Assembly: GCA_964247055.1 (NCBI GenBank)
Contig: OZ176052.1
Location: forward strand, 5,642,001 to 5,706,000
DNA length: 64,000 nucleotides
Reading direction: 5' to 3'
Origin: Paragordius varius
Lineage: Eukaryota > Animalia > Nematomorpha
The position numbers were made by a program, and so were the translations under genes. Of the stretch, positions 51,501-64,000 are shown one piece after another; the stretch's first letter is position 1; each line of letters starts with the position of its first letter. Below the pieces are notes generated by a model. That model did not search any database, was not told the origin of the DNA, and saw only the letters and a list, made by a program, of their open reading frames with translations.

Positions 51501-52086
51501 TCCATATATTTAAGATTATTAGTTTAAAATCCACTAAATCGAATTTGAATTTTAACTGATCTGGGTTGTTTTATTTAAATTTATAGGAATTATCCAGTGT
51601 TATACGGACAAAATGTAAAAATATAAAACAAATATTTTTTTCTAAAAAACAACCATACTTTTTAAAATATTATTTTTTAAAAAAACTGATTGTTTTTTGA
51701 TTGCAAAGTATAAGATAGAGGTGAAAATTAATAAAACAATCATTCATGTATTTTACGATTGTATATAATAATTTTTAGGGGATAAATTAGGATTTAAATA
51801 GTATGGTTGTCTTTTAAAAAAATTCCTTATATTTTTACGTTTTGTCCGTATAATTGTAATTTTTACTGTAATTGTTAAGTTATATGGTGCAAATAATTGG
51901 ATGTTTCTATCCATATTCCAATCATCCATCACATATTCAATATGTAGAAACAAGTATTTGCCAATTTTAAATTTCTTTAAAAAAATTACGTTGAGCTTAA
52001 TTTTAACCATCTTTGCGTTATATTTAGCAGTTATAAAAGCTAAAAAATTATATTAATTAGTTGGTTTTGCAGTTAAACCTCTAAAT

Positions 52087-52344
52087 CGGGGGTGTCCAAT
52101 TCAAATGACTTTGCTAACCTCATTTTTTACTCAGGAAATCTGGCGGGCGCATTTGAATTGTATATGGTTCATAATTTATTAAATTTCAAACGTACAACTG
52201 TAAAATGCCAACACATAACAATTTGTACGAGTTTTTGTCTATAATTGGTAAAATTATATAAAAAAATTGTTCAAAAAATATAAATATTACTAAAATTGGA
52301 TTTCTAATCTCGCTGCCGCACATATAGTCTTTTTGGACACCCTG
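52087..52344. mobile_element. hAT (Charlie-like) MITE
   Basis: Ends CGGGGGTGTCCAA and TTGGACACCCTG. Flanks CTCTAAAT and ATTTAAAT. Confidence 0.65.
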
Positions 52345-53699
52345 ATTTAAATCATAATTTTGTCTAACTACAATAATTATGAGTCAAGTTCAATATTATT
52401 TTAATTATTATTTATCATAAAAATTCAGATAAAAGTTTATCAACTCCAAAAACTAAGAAAAATATCTCTACAGCCATTTGATACAAATTGGGGATAGTTT
52501 TCGACCCCAATTTAAAATCAAACCTTTTAAGAATTCGATATTTAAAGCGTTACAAAAATATACACCATAACATCGATGCAACGAAATATAAAAAATATTT
52601 ATTCAAAACTTGATACTGAGACTTGATACTTTTATTTTAAGGATAAAAAAATGCAAAAAAATGCAAAAATTTCGAGAAATGACAGTGCATTAGCTAAATC
52701 TAATTAAATTATTTTATAACGTTAATTGTATTTTTGTAAATTACTCTTAATATTACGTTATCCTAAAAAATATTGTTGTTGTAAAATAGAAATGGCGTCA
52801 AAGTAGTTTGATATGGAGTTTGTTTTTTAAAACTAACAAAATATATATTTAACTTATTTATACTATTTTTATTAAGATAGAAGCCTAATTCAATTTAGGA
52901 CCAACCTTTTTAGTAGTTTTTAAAAAATAAATTAAAGCTGACCTGAGGTAACCGATTACCCTAATTTGTATCAAAACCTCAATGAAATCTGGAATGATAA
53001 AGAAAGTTGAAATTTTAAATATTATACTTAATGGTAATTTATGATAATTGTATACGAGATATTTTAAATTTTAAAATAATTTCAAAAACAACATTTATAC
53101 AATATAATAATTTATTTATCAAAATAATTTATTTGTACTTAATAGTTGCACTCTTAATTTTTTATTATTGAAAAGTTTTTAAAGAAATGTTAAAATATCA
53201 AAACTAACATATTCATTAAATAATGCAAATTAACATGCTTGCTAAGTTTTTAAATGTATTTATTACAAAAAAATGGTTATTATAAATCAATAAAATGACA
53301 AATTCCATGATAAATTCCGAACATGGGTGACTAAGATACTATACATAGTCGGATGTATTTTCTATATGAAACAAAGAATTGTTACTAATTTATTGCCAAA
53401 ATTTGGAAAGACTGGCTCAGAAATTAAAAAATATCAATTTTACTAAGAGTTGTTATATAATAGCAAAACACTAATTATATTTTCTATTGATATGGTAAAA
53501 TTACTAATTTTTAATGGACTGCATGTTAAACATACCTGATCAATTTATAGAATCTCCCTATGCCCTCTTTAACAAAAAACCTCAAGGTTACAAATTGTCT
53601 GTTTTATACAATTAGGATATTTTTACAAAAAGAGTAACGTATTTAACATATTTTAATGATTCAATGATCTGAGGGAGGTTTGGTTGTATAGATCCGTTT

Positions 53700-53790
53700 A
53701 AAATATTTTACAACTACGATATATTTAAAAGTGGAAACGGCGGTTTCCTGGCCGGGGACTTTAAATTGTTTTACTGGGTGCCATAAGTCA
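53700..53790 (+). pseudogene. Possible LINE apurinic-endonuclease remnant
   Basis: GNGGFLAGDFKLFYWV resembles the APE GDFN..H..W motif. The surrounding region (~53.3-54.6 kb) looks like decayed coding sequence. Confidence 0.35.
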
Positions 53791-56765
53791 TCTGTATTTT
53801 ATTGATCTCTTCTCTTTACAAAATTTATATTAATTGAATTTATGAATATTCTATTAAGAAAGAATAGTTAATTATAAAGTCTGTTTTCCTGAAATTGACC
53901 TGAAAGTAATTAAAATCTCTTCAATCATACAAAATTTTAACACCCATAAAATATATTTGTAAAAAATCCTAATAATATATAATTGGCATTTGATGACTAC
54001 ACACATGATATTCAAAATCATTATCTATCGCACAGACGTAGCTGCGGAAATAAAATTCTTACTTAACGGATTAGACAACCTATATAAGTAATTTAAAATT
54101 AGTTCAAAATTTTTTTGGGATTCCATGCGATTTTAAGCCGCAAATGTAAAACATTGTGCTAGGTAGAAAAATTTTAAATGTAATACTGTCGTATGTATGA
54201 GATCTATTATAAAACTGAAGATACATCATCGTAAAATTTAATCAAACTTACCAAAGACTGCCCTAAATTAAAATAGAAAATAAGTAATGTAAGTTTATAT
54301 TTTCCGTAGTTTCGTTAATGCTTGTCCCAGGAACATATTTCTGCAAATGTTTTTGTAAATTTTTTTTATGGCAAAGAAACCGGACTACTACCATGGATAC
54401 ATAATATAATTTGCTAAAAATTATCATCATTAATAAAATAATTTAGGTTTTGTAGATTTCCTATGTGGCTAAAATGGGTGTATTCTTGTGATTTTAAAAC
54501 AATAAAAAATGTTTTTAGCGTAAATTTGAGAACCTTGCGGATATTTACACAGTGCACAAAATATATTACAATAATATGAAAACATGTTTATTAAAAAATA
54601 TCAGGATTCTCGTCGCGGGTTAGGTTTTGCGACTTATGAGTCATTTCGGGAAGCTAATTAGTATTCTTGGATTTAAATTTAAAAAATTACGAAGCATTAA
54701 AATATTTTTGGTAGATGACAAATACTCATCAAACAGTCTAACATTTTTAAAGCATTTAAAATTGACTAAGGTGCCTAAACGTAAACCGAATTACTCGGTT
54801 TTCAGCTGTTAGAATATTACGCAAATCAATGATTAAGGGTATTTATTTAATCGAAAACTACCCTAAATGGGTAACAAAGTTTTAATGTATAATGTTTTTT
54901 TAATTTTTTATAACCATAATTCTAAGAAAAACGAATCTTTTTTTGAATTTACACTAGACACTTTCAGGATGACATTATTGATATTCTTTTATACTGTTTC
55001 CGATTTTTTAAAAAAATTATTTAAAATTAAAAATAGAAAACGTATAAATTTATCTTTTTAAGCTGGTATTGCTTTTTAAAATGTAAATTTTGATCACACC
55101 AAATAATGATAATAATATAATTGGTGGTTGTTAAAGAGATGGGTAAAATCTTTCAAGTGGTAAAAATGGTACGCAATATTTTTACAAAAAATAATTTTTA
55201 TATTTATTTATATATATAATAAAAATGCGATATATTATATAAAAATGTATGATACATCCACAAAGATTATTTATGTCTTTTTTTCTCGCTCTATAATTTT
55301 CTCAAACTTTTTTTACATAAAAATATGAATTTTCTCAAACTAAAAATTTGATTGCGTCTTTTTTTCCGAATTTCTGCTTGATGTAAATTGAAAGGGTCGA
55401 TTACCTATAATTATACTTCAAACATTTTTTGATTTTACGGACATAAATTTCAAGTTTTTCCATAAATATTTATTAAAGTTGTTAACCTCAGAAAAATTTT
55501 ATACAAGAAATGAAGTTTAAAAAACAATATTATTTCAGGCGAACACTAAGTTTGATGCATCCTGATTATGTTGACAAAAGTGTCGACAAAGTACACTTTA
55601 TAATATAAATAGTGGGGATATTAAATATTTTTAATACTAGATAGTAGTAAATTTTTTAAACCCCCAAAAATATAAAATATAAAAAACCACATTTAACCCC
55701 CTTAGTGCGTCTTTATAGATAAACTTTTGTTATACGTGTACTTTGGTGAAAATGCCTACAATTACCTTAAAAAAATATTTTGAAATAATATATTAAATAA
55801 ACCCCTAACCATTTATAACAAATCTACACAATATAATGATATTTTTATGTTAAAAATTGACTTTTTAGCAAAAAATTAGACAGGTGAATTGATATATGTG
55901 CATGTAAAGTCAGATATGCCAAATTTGCACTTTAAGACTTTATGTTATGAATATATGAGTACAATTTAGTTGAATACTGTGTATGTAATAATTTTTAAGT
56001 ATATTGCGACTTTTTTTGTTGTGTCTCCAACCTAAATGAGAGAAAGGCATTAACATTTGCAACAAAAAATTATAATTAATTATAATTATTTTTGGTTTTT
56101 ATGCAAAAACATAATTTTTTTGAGAAATAATATGCGAAATCAGTAAAATAATGCAAGGTTGAAAATTATATTTTATATATGATATAATATGACAGAAATA
56201 TTACAAAAAAATAATTTACAAGGGTCATTAGACCTTCCATTTTTTTGCCGTTAAAAGTTTAAAATATGCAAATGTTATAAAAATAATCAAAAATTGATTT
56301 ATACAGTGTTTTTAAATAAACCATTGTTGAAGTATATATATTGCGCACAATCATTTTTTTAAAAAAAGCTTTTAAATTTATTTTTCGGCAACAATGTGTT
56401 GAAATAAATATTTTTGCTATGCATAAATTGTGTTCAAATTCTAGTAAACTATTTACGCGGTAAAAATAGTTTCGAAAGTATGTGCAATCCATTTTAGCTT
56501 AAACAAGAAAATTGGCATATTTTATTGCCATTTTAAGAGATATGGCATGTCTTAATTCAAGGCTGTTATTAGATTTAAAGATAATTAATTTTAAACGATT
56601 TAAACTTAGCATTTTACAAATTAACGGTATTATCTCAAATACATCAACTAACACACAAAATAAAATCTATCTAAATATATATATAAAGGTTTAAAGTCGG
56701 ATTTCATGGCGTTTACATAGCGTTTATTTTATGTTAAACCTTAGTATAAGTATACAAAAAGTTAA

Positions 56766-58213
56766 TATACCATTTCCCAGTCTAAATAAACGTTTTCCCA
56801 GTCAATCGAAACATTTTCCCAGTCAATCGAAACATTTTCCCAGTCAATCGAAACGTTTTCCCAGTCAATCGAAACGTTTTCCCAGTCAATCGAAACGTTT
56901 TCCCAATCAATCGAAACGTTTTCCCAATCAATCAAAACATTTTCCCAGTCAATAAAAACATTTTCCCAATCAATAAAAACGTTTTCCCAATCAATAAAAA
57001 CGGTTTTATTTTTGATGGTAAATATCAAACCAAGACATAAAAATAGCTTTTAACCATTATTAGCGTAATATTAGGATATTATTTTTTTATAAAAACACAA
57101 TTATTGAATGACAATTTACCAAGTATATTCCAGTGCACCATTAATGACTTATTCTTTAAAAATTATATTCTTGGAATTTGAGATGTTTTTAAGATAATAT
57201 TTTTTATTTTATTGATGGTTCGCATTATTTGCGGCTAACTTACAAAATCTATAGTTACGGATGAATATAAAAAATAAAAATAATATAAATTTTATCTCAA
57301 AGGTTATTTAACACTTCATATTGGATCTTAAACATAAATTTTACCCTAATTTTATAATATTATCATTTGGTTCATCGGGTTACCAACGCGGCTTGCCGAG
57401 TATCTTTGTGCGGCTCGCTAAAAATTTAGAAATCCATATGCATAAATATGCCCACAAAATCTTAGTAATATTTATATATCTTATGCAATTACTCTTAATG
57501 AGTCTATTAAATTGGTGACAAATTAAAAAAAATTGTTATATTTTTGTATTTTACAGTCTTATGTCTAATCGAAAAATTATTTATGAAATATATCGAATGC
57601 GGAACGCCGTGCTTTTTAAGTAATGCGGCCCGCGAAGCCATTTGGTTAGACACCCCTGTTTTAGTCAAATATCTTTTTATTAAATATTTTTAAATTTAGA
57701 TATTTTTCCGACAGTATTTTTATGGAAAAACTTGACATGTTTAAAAACTGTTTTAAAGCGTTCGGCAATTATTATTGCGAACCATCAATAAAATAAAAAA
57801 TATTATCTTAAAAACATCTCAAATTCCAAGAATATAATTTTTAAAGAATAAGTCATTAATGGTGCACTGGAATATACTTGGTAAATTGTCATTCAATAAT
57901 TGTGTTTTTATGAAAAAATAATATCCTAATATTACGCTAATAATGGTGGTTTGATATTTACCATCAAAAATAAAACCGTTTTTATTGATTGGGAAAACGT
58001 TTTTATTGATTGGGAAAATGTTTTTATTGACTGGGAAAATGTTTTGATTGATTGGGAAAACGTTTCGATTGATTGGGAAAACGTTTCGATTGATTGGGAA
58101 AACGTTTCGATTGACTGGGAAAACGTTTCGATTGACTGGGAAAACGTTTCGATTGACTGGGAAAATGTTTCGATTGACTGGGAAAACGTTTATTTAGACT
58201 GGGAAATGGTATA
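56766..58213. mobile_element. Foldback-type element with ~450-bp TIRs, each carrying 11 x 21-bp tandem units
   Basis: Arms ~56766-57228 and ~57773-58213 are nearly identical (the left has a ~22-nt extra segment). Termini TATACCATTT and AAATGGTATA. Unit TTCCCAGTCAATCGAAACGTT. Non-coding spacer of ~545 bp containing a hAT-MITE end. Confidence 0.88.
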
Positions 58214-58749
58214 TAACCAAACTGTTTTTTTTCCAATATTTTTGGTGGTGGACTCCTTTTTTAAAAAAACAGTTTAGTTAATTAACGGTATTATCTCAAA
58301 TACATCAACTCTAACACACAAAATAAAATCTACCTAAATATATATGTATTCCTATATCTTTTTGAATTTATTTATATTTCAAAATTTATAACAAATTCTA
58401 TAAATTAAAAATTTATTGTGTGTGTGTATCAAAAATAATGAGAAAAAATTTAATCTTTACAAAATACAATATTTTTTTCTCGTCAAAATAGGTAAAAATA
58501 CAATAATATCTAAAAATATGAATGAATAATTTGCGTATAAAAGCGGAAAAATAAATGCGATCATTGATTTGCATAGCCTTGTAAAAATAAAATACAATGA
58601 TTTATCCATAAAATTAGGCAGTTATTATAACTATCATATATATATTTAAATGTTTAAGCAATAATATTCCAGGAGATTTAATTTAACAAAAATAAGATTA
58701 AAAAAGAACACATTTTTTGTATTAACCCTCAATAGTTATCAATTAACAA

Positions 58750-61700
58750 TTAATTAAGATCCCTTAAATTCCATTGGGATGGAGGGGAATCATACTGTTC
58801 AAAGAGATCTTTGTTGGTATAGAGGCTTAAATTGGAAGACCGAAAATTATTGTTGGAAACCTCATTTTCACTTGCACGTCTTGAAGAAGTGATTGCTGGT
58901 TTATCATACAAATCCACCGAAATATCTGAATTTGGTTTTACAAATATATATATATAATGAAATTGCAATAATTAAATTTATTAACACCATTTTTCGATTA
59001 TCACAAGTAATCTTTGTCGAATATATTATTTATAACATTTTTGTTTTATTTTTATGTTCGCATCCATGTTTTAAATAATATTTATCGCTAAATAAATTAA
59101 ATATTAATACTATGATATTTCAACTTAAACCATAGCCAAAATAAATATATTTAAGGAATCAAAAAATATTGTGTTAAACAAGAAAAAATGTATAATAACA
59201 CTACCTAAAGAATGTTCGGTTAGTTTGCGAGGTTTTTGCGGAAGAGGTGGCTTTCCTAATAAAATTAATTAATAAATTATACTAAAGTTATATGACAATT
59301 TTTTCTCTAGTTACATGTTTTTAAAAAAAAATATTATTTTTGTAAGCGAGAAATTTTTTTTAATGTTTCTCCAATGGTAAGAATGGAAGACGTGGCTTTC
59401 CTCATAAAATTAATTATTAAAAGAGACTAAGATAAGGTGGGAATACCCATATTTATCTGTTTTTACAAATAATATTTTTTATAAGCGAGGGCTGTATTAT
59501 TTTCCTAGTTTGTATAAAGTCAAATTATTTGAAAATTATCTTTAATGGTAAGAAACTGATATATCATATAAATAATGTTAAGGACATTTTGTTCAATAAT
59601 TAACCTTTACATCCATTTGCAGTTTTTATATCATTCGACACTTGAATTGCTAAGGGAGAGTCAGGTTGAGCTTTTGATGAGGCTGGACACAACTTGTGGG
59701 AAGAAGAAACACAATCGTAATTTTCTGCGTTTTCTGGAATGACTGGTCCAATAACGGACTTTCTAGCGCAAGGTAAGTGATATACTGTCCCATCTAAATC
59801 GAATAAAAACATTTCAAAGACTCAATTCAAAATTTTGTGATATTACCATAATATATTTTTATATAAAAACTAAACTCACCGTTAGATATTACAGAATTTC
59901 GTAGGGCCGATTTCCCATTCGTAGGAAAGGGTGTAACAGGCGACGTTTTCGGAGACATTGCTGATGATTGATGACTAGATGATTGGTAAATTGAGGATGA
60001 TACACCAGAAGAGATTTTTGATGAAGTAGGCGTAATATGGAGCGCTTGTTCAAAATTCCCACTTTTACTTTTATTGCGTAATTGGATATCACCGTTTTCG
60101 GAAGAATAAAATGGTTGGTGTTGCCTTAGATTTGAGCGTGGTTCAGGAGAGTCAGTTATTTTAGGGAAAACTATATGTTGGGTATCTGGTGTTGAGCTTT
60201 CCGAATGTGAAGTTAATAATCTAACAACCGTGTTGAGTTTTAATTTTTTGATTTTTCCATTTGAATTAGTAACGGGTTGTTGAGCAAGTTTGTTGGATTT
60301 GGTTTCGATGCCATCTAAACCGATTGAATTTTCTTCGATTGAGGTTGGCTCATTACCATCATCATCAAATTTCTTATCTCCGGCACGTTTTATAACAGCT
60401 AAATTATGATCTGTATACTGTTTAAGGGTTTTGGGTGATAATTTGCCAAAAGAAAAATTTTTAAAAGTTTGACCTGTGTGATCTAACTTACAATAGCCAG
60501 GGTGCGACCGTAATACCACAAATTTTTTATTCTTTCCATCGGTAGAATCATATAAAGAAGACTTAGAACATACTGTACCGATATTATTCATTTTTATACC
60601 CTCTGAATTATTCGGTATAAGGTATGTTGAAGAAGATGAACGTTCCGATATAACATCTATGGAAAAAAAGGAAACCAAATAAAACATGTCGTTAATGGTA
60701 TGAGCAAATGATTTGTAGAATAGAATACTTTTATCGTTATAAAATTCTTCAAAATAATTGAAAAAATTACAATATGTATATATAATACCCTTTGTAAGTT
60801 CAGGTTGAATTAAATTAAAAGGTGTGCCACTATTTGATTCACATGACGAAGGTGTGTTTGTCCGCAACTCCTGGTAACCAGGAGATGAAGCGGGAATTAG
60901 TTTTTTACTCAATACATTTTTGGTGGTAAAATTACCTATAATATACAATATATATATTGTAGAGCAGTAGGTCCTAATAAATTTTAAATACCTATAAATA
61001 TAAAAAATATTTTAATTTTTTGAATGCAAACAAAATGTTATCCCTACTTTTCATATTAAATAATAAAATTTCGAGTTATAACGCTAATAGACTTTTTCAT
61101 TTACGGTATTTTATTGTGATGGCTATTAAAAAACGGGATTTTATAATGATTGATGAAAAAAGTTTGTTATTCGACCCATATAGCATTTCACTAGTATATA
61201 AATATTTCAAACTTAAAAATGAATCACCGATAAAAAGGTGTTTTTGGGAAACAATATGGATGTCCCCTAATTGTATGCGATAACTTATTGTCTAATATAT
61301 TAATTTGTTTATTAATAATTTCAAATGATAATTATTTAATTTTAACAACCTTGGCCAGGTGAGTTTAATATAACATTGGCATGACCATTAGGGATTGAAA
61401 GAGAATTACTTGGACCCTTTCTATCAATAGTTCCAACGCAGCTTGTTGGATAAGCGTATTCAAGATCGGCATTTTCTTGTTCAGTATATGCATCGAGGGA
61501 ATATATATTTTCAGTCATATCTTGGAAATGGTGTTTAGATAGCGATACAAAGGAGGAATCATTTGCAGTATTGGTAATATTCAATGGGTCCAATGGTAAA
61601 TGCGATGCAAACGAAAAGTTGGTTGGGATAGCGGGTAAGGGTGGGATGGGGTGCATATCATCCCGACGAATTTCTTTGATTCCTGTAAAAGATGAAAATC

Positions 61701-63978
61701 TATGAAAAAATGGAATTTACCAATTTTGGTCTCTGTATTACATAGGCATGTAAAAATGGGAAAATTGAAGCAAATGGTTTATAATATAATATGAATGAAA
61801 ATATAGCGAGAAATTTGTGAATCGAGAAATATTATCTTAGAACAAAAATCAGTTCAAGTTGGTCCTTGAACAATTCAAGTTGGTCCTTGAACAGTTTAAG
61901 TTGGTCCTTGAACACTTCAAGTTGGTCCTTGAACACTTCAAGTTGGTCCTTTGACTTTTTCGTTTTGTTTTTGTTATGCAAATCTGAAATATATACTTTG
62001 TTTTTATATAATTTTCTGTGTTACATGCAAATGTGAAATACATACTTTGGTTATAACTTTCAGCGTTATTTGAATTGTATTATTTTTATATTTTTGAGTA
62101 CTATGTAAATATTATATCCTTTGTTACTTGAAATTTTATTGTTATAATGCAAATTATGTACAACTAAAATTAGTATAAACCTTAAAAAACCGAATAAATA
62201 ATTCATTTCACATTTCTTATATTATCTCCTCATCTTTACAAGTTAACAGTTTTTAACTTTTATCAAGCAAATCGAAAATAATTCATCTATTTTATTATTT
62301 TTAACCTATTTTCTATTATTTAACATAAATTTTAAATCGATATCAACTTTTAATCTTTAAGAAACCCTATATCTTTATTAATTTCTTAAAATAATTTTAG
62401 ATATTTATAAGATTTTAACACGAAATAAAAAAAATATATAAGTTTTCTGGGTTATAAATTGAAATTTTCTATTAAAACATTATTAAGTTAATAGTTTTGT
62501 TCAATTAAAAAAAATATTTTGAAACCAATAAAAAATTTTATTTTTAAATGAATAAATATATATTAAATAAAGAAAATTAGGTTAATAAATAATAAAATAA
62601 AAAAATGCAAAAATTATGGTTAAATTAAAACTAATAAATTTTATGGAACTTGAACTGTTCAAGGACCAACTTGAAATGTTCAAGGACACTCTTGAAGTGC
62701 AAATGGTATAATTAATAAATTACTCATAAGATCAGAGGAGTGCTTTTGTATCGATTTCCTTCGCCTTCTACGTCGGTATAATATACCAAATCCAATACCC
62801 AGCGAACAAAACAATAACCCAGCGCTACATACAATCAGAATAAGGATGTAAACAACATTGAGGCCAAATAAGGTGGCATTTTTACTGCTTGATAATTGAT
62901 TGAATACAATGTTATTTTGGCCGTTAGTCAAGTTACCTAAAATTTAATGACAAAATATTAATTACATTTTAAAATATCGTGTACCTTGCAAGAGTAAATT
63001 ATATACCATTTTCTTGGTACAAGGTTAAACTCTCGAGTAAGGAGCCATTATCCAATGGATAAGCCATTTGTCGCCTATAAGTTTCATAATCCATGTGACC
63101 TAAACTAAGGTCTTTGTCATAAAACGCTTTAGATAAATTACGCAAACATTCGTCAGTGTTTCCATGGTGGATGCTCTGAGAACTGCACAAACATTGTCCA
63201 GTTTTGCGATCACACAACCTTAAATAAATTAATAAAAATAAAATATGTTATATAGTTTATATAATTTGGAAACAGCTTGTCTTTATCAACTATTAACTAT
63301 GTTAGAGTAGACTTGGCCAATATTTTATTAACAACCAAAAGCATTTAAATTTCAATTTTAATACTATATCACAAAATGTTAATTTAGAATGACTTAAGTT
63401 TTAGCTCTTCACTTTACTGCTTTTTGGGACTTATTTGGCTTTTGTCCGGATGGTTAAATTACAACAGCATATATATATATATATATATATATATTGTAAA
63501 AATCTGCTTCAATTGTATAAATCATGACTTTTAGACACGGAAATGTATGTAACGATGTTGACAGATAAGCTTATTTGTGTACTATATTATATCCTGCTAA
63601 TATCTCTAAAATAAAATGCTATTTTTCGTGTTAATCATTTAATTAATCACATCATATTTAAAATTTTATAAGCTAAATTAAAACATTATTAGAGTATAAA
63701 ATACATTTTTCGCTTGCAAAAAAAATGAACATTAAAAAGAACAAACATTAATCAAAATAATTGTTACACATTTTACTTTATTGTCTGTGAGGTATTATCT
63801 TTAAGAGTTTCGATTGATATTGTACTACAATTATTAGCACAGGGTTTATCACATTCAAGACCCCAAAATCCATGTAGACAACGGGTACACCTTGATCTTC
63901 GAGACATTTGTGCATTCGGACAATTACATATTCCGCTTACGGGATCGCACATTCTATCCAATCTTTCCGTCCAAAGAT
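58750..63978 (-). CDS. EGF-like-repeat single-pass receptor (MEGF10/11-Draper/CED-1-SCARF type), 3' part; the 5' end lies beyond the window
   Basis: Phase-consistent GT-AG exons 63978-63777, 63218-63007, 62936-62724, 61682-61350, 60935-59880 (possibly split by an intron at 60788-60657), 59793-59605 and 58925-58750 (TAA). Laminin-type EGF repeats (CDPVSGICNC...C..GFWGLECDKPC; CDRKTGQCLC), a TM helix (LILIVCSAGLLFCSLGIGFGILY) followed by RRRRRRK, and a long Ser/Tyr-rich cytoplasmic tail. Orthology is not resolvable by eye. Confidence 0.85.
61855..62710. mobile_element. Intronic copy of the 14025-14527 MITE family (left terminus missing)
   Basis: About five 21-bp CAAGTTGGTCCTTGAACACTT units at 61855-61950. 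Right end ...GGACACTCTTGAAGTGCAAATGGTATA at 62710, about 13 nt from the splice donor at 62723. Confidence 0.8.
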
Positions 63979-64000
63979 CTAATATCAATCAAAACATAAA

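Noticed and set aside
56731-58277. Four ORFs with 7-aa repeats (IDWENVS / FPSQSKR) and a superficial CRISPR-like look
   Set aside because: They are translations of the 21-bp tandem unit in the two inverted TIR arms. There are no unique spacers and no cas genes, and the context is eukaryotic.
6443-58968. Numerous 60-100-aa ORFs rich in F/I/K/L/N
   Set aside because: They are expected by chance in AT-rich DNA, most lie in repeats or use non-ATG starts, and they show no motifs or splice support. The exception is 58750-58925, which is the last exon of the EGF-repeat receptor.
61849-62043. ORF with repeated CSRTNL
   Set aside because: It is a translation of the 21-bp MITE array inside an intron.

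Overview
AT-rich (roughly one quarter GC by eye), transposon-dense animal genomic DNA. The species cannot be assigned from the window. Five protein-coding loci are supported once splicing is reconstructed by hand. (1) A 5-exon DESI2/PPPDE1 gene on the minus strand (400-1376), whose first three introns are each exactly 23 nt. (2) PPT1 (+, 1375-2322), with an intronless CDS, sitting head-to-head against DESI2 with essentially no spacer. (3) A 2-exon vasopressin/oxytocin-type GPCR (-, 15335-18431) with a greatly expanded second extracellular loop. (4) Internal exons of an unidentified protein (+, 34761-35286). (5) The 3' part of an EGF-repeat single-pass receptor of MEGF10/Draper/SCARF type (-, 58750 to beyond 63978). 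The rest is nested DNA transposons (hAT elements with perfect 8-bp TSDs, TA-flanked MITEs and foldbacks with 21-bp subterminal arrays, two Helitrons) and decayed LINEs. No rRNA, tRNA or CRISPR array was recognised. The most notable signals are the 23-nt introns, the overlapping DESI2/PPT1 5' ends, a hAT element carrying an antisense copy of its own transposase, and a structured GC-rich island carried inside a hAT element.
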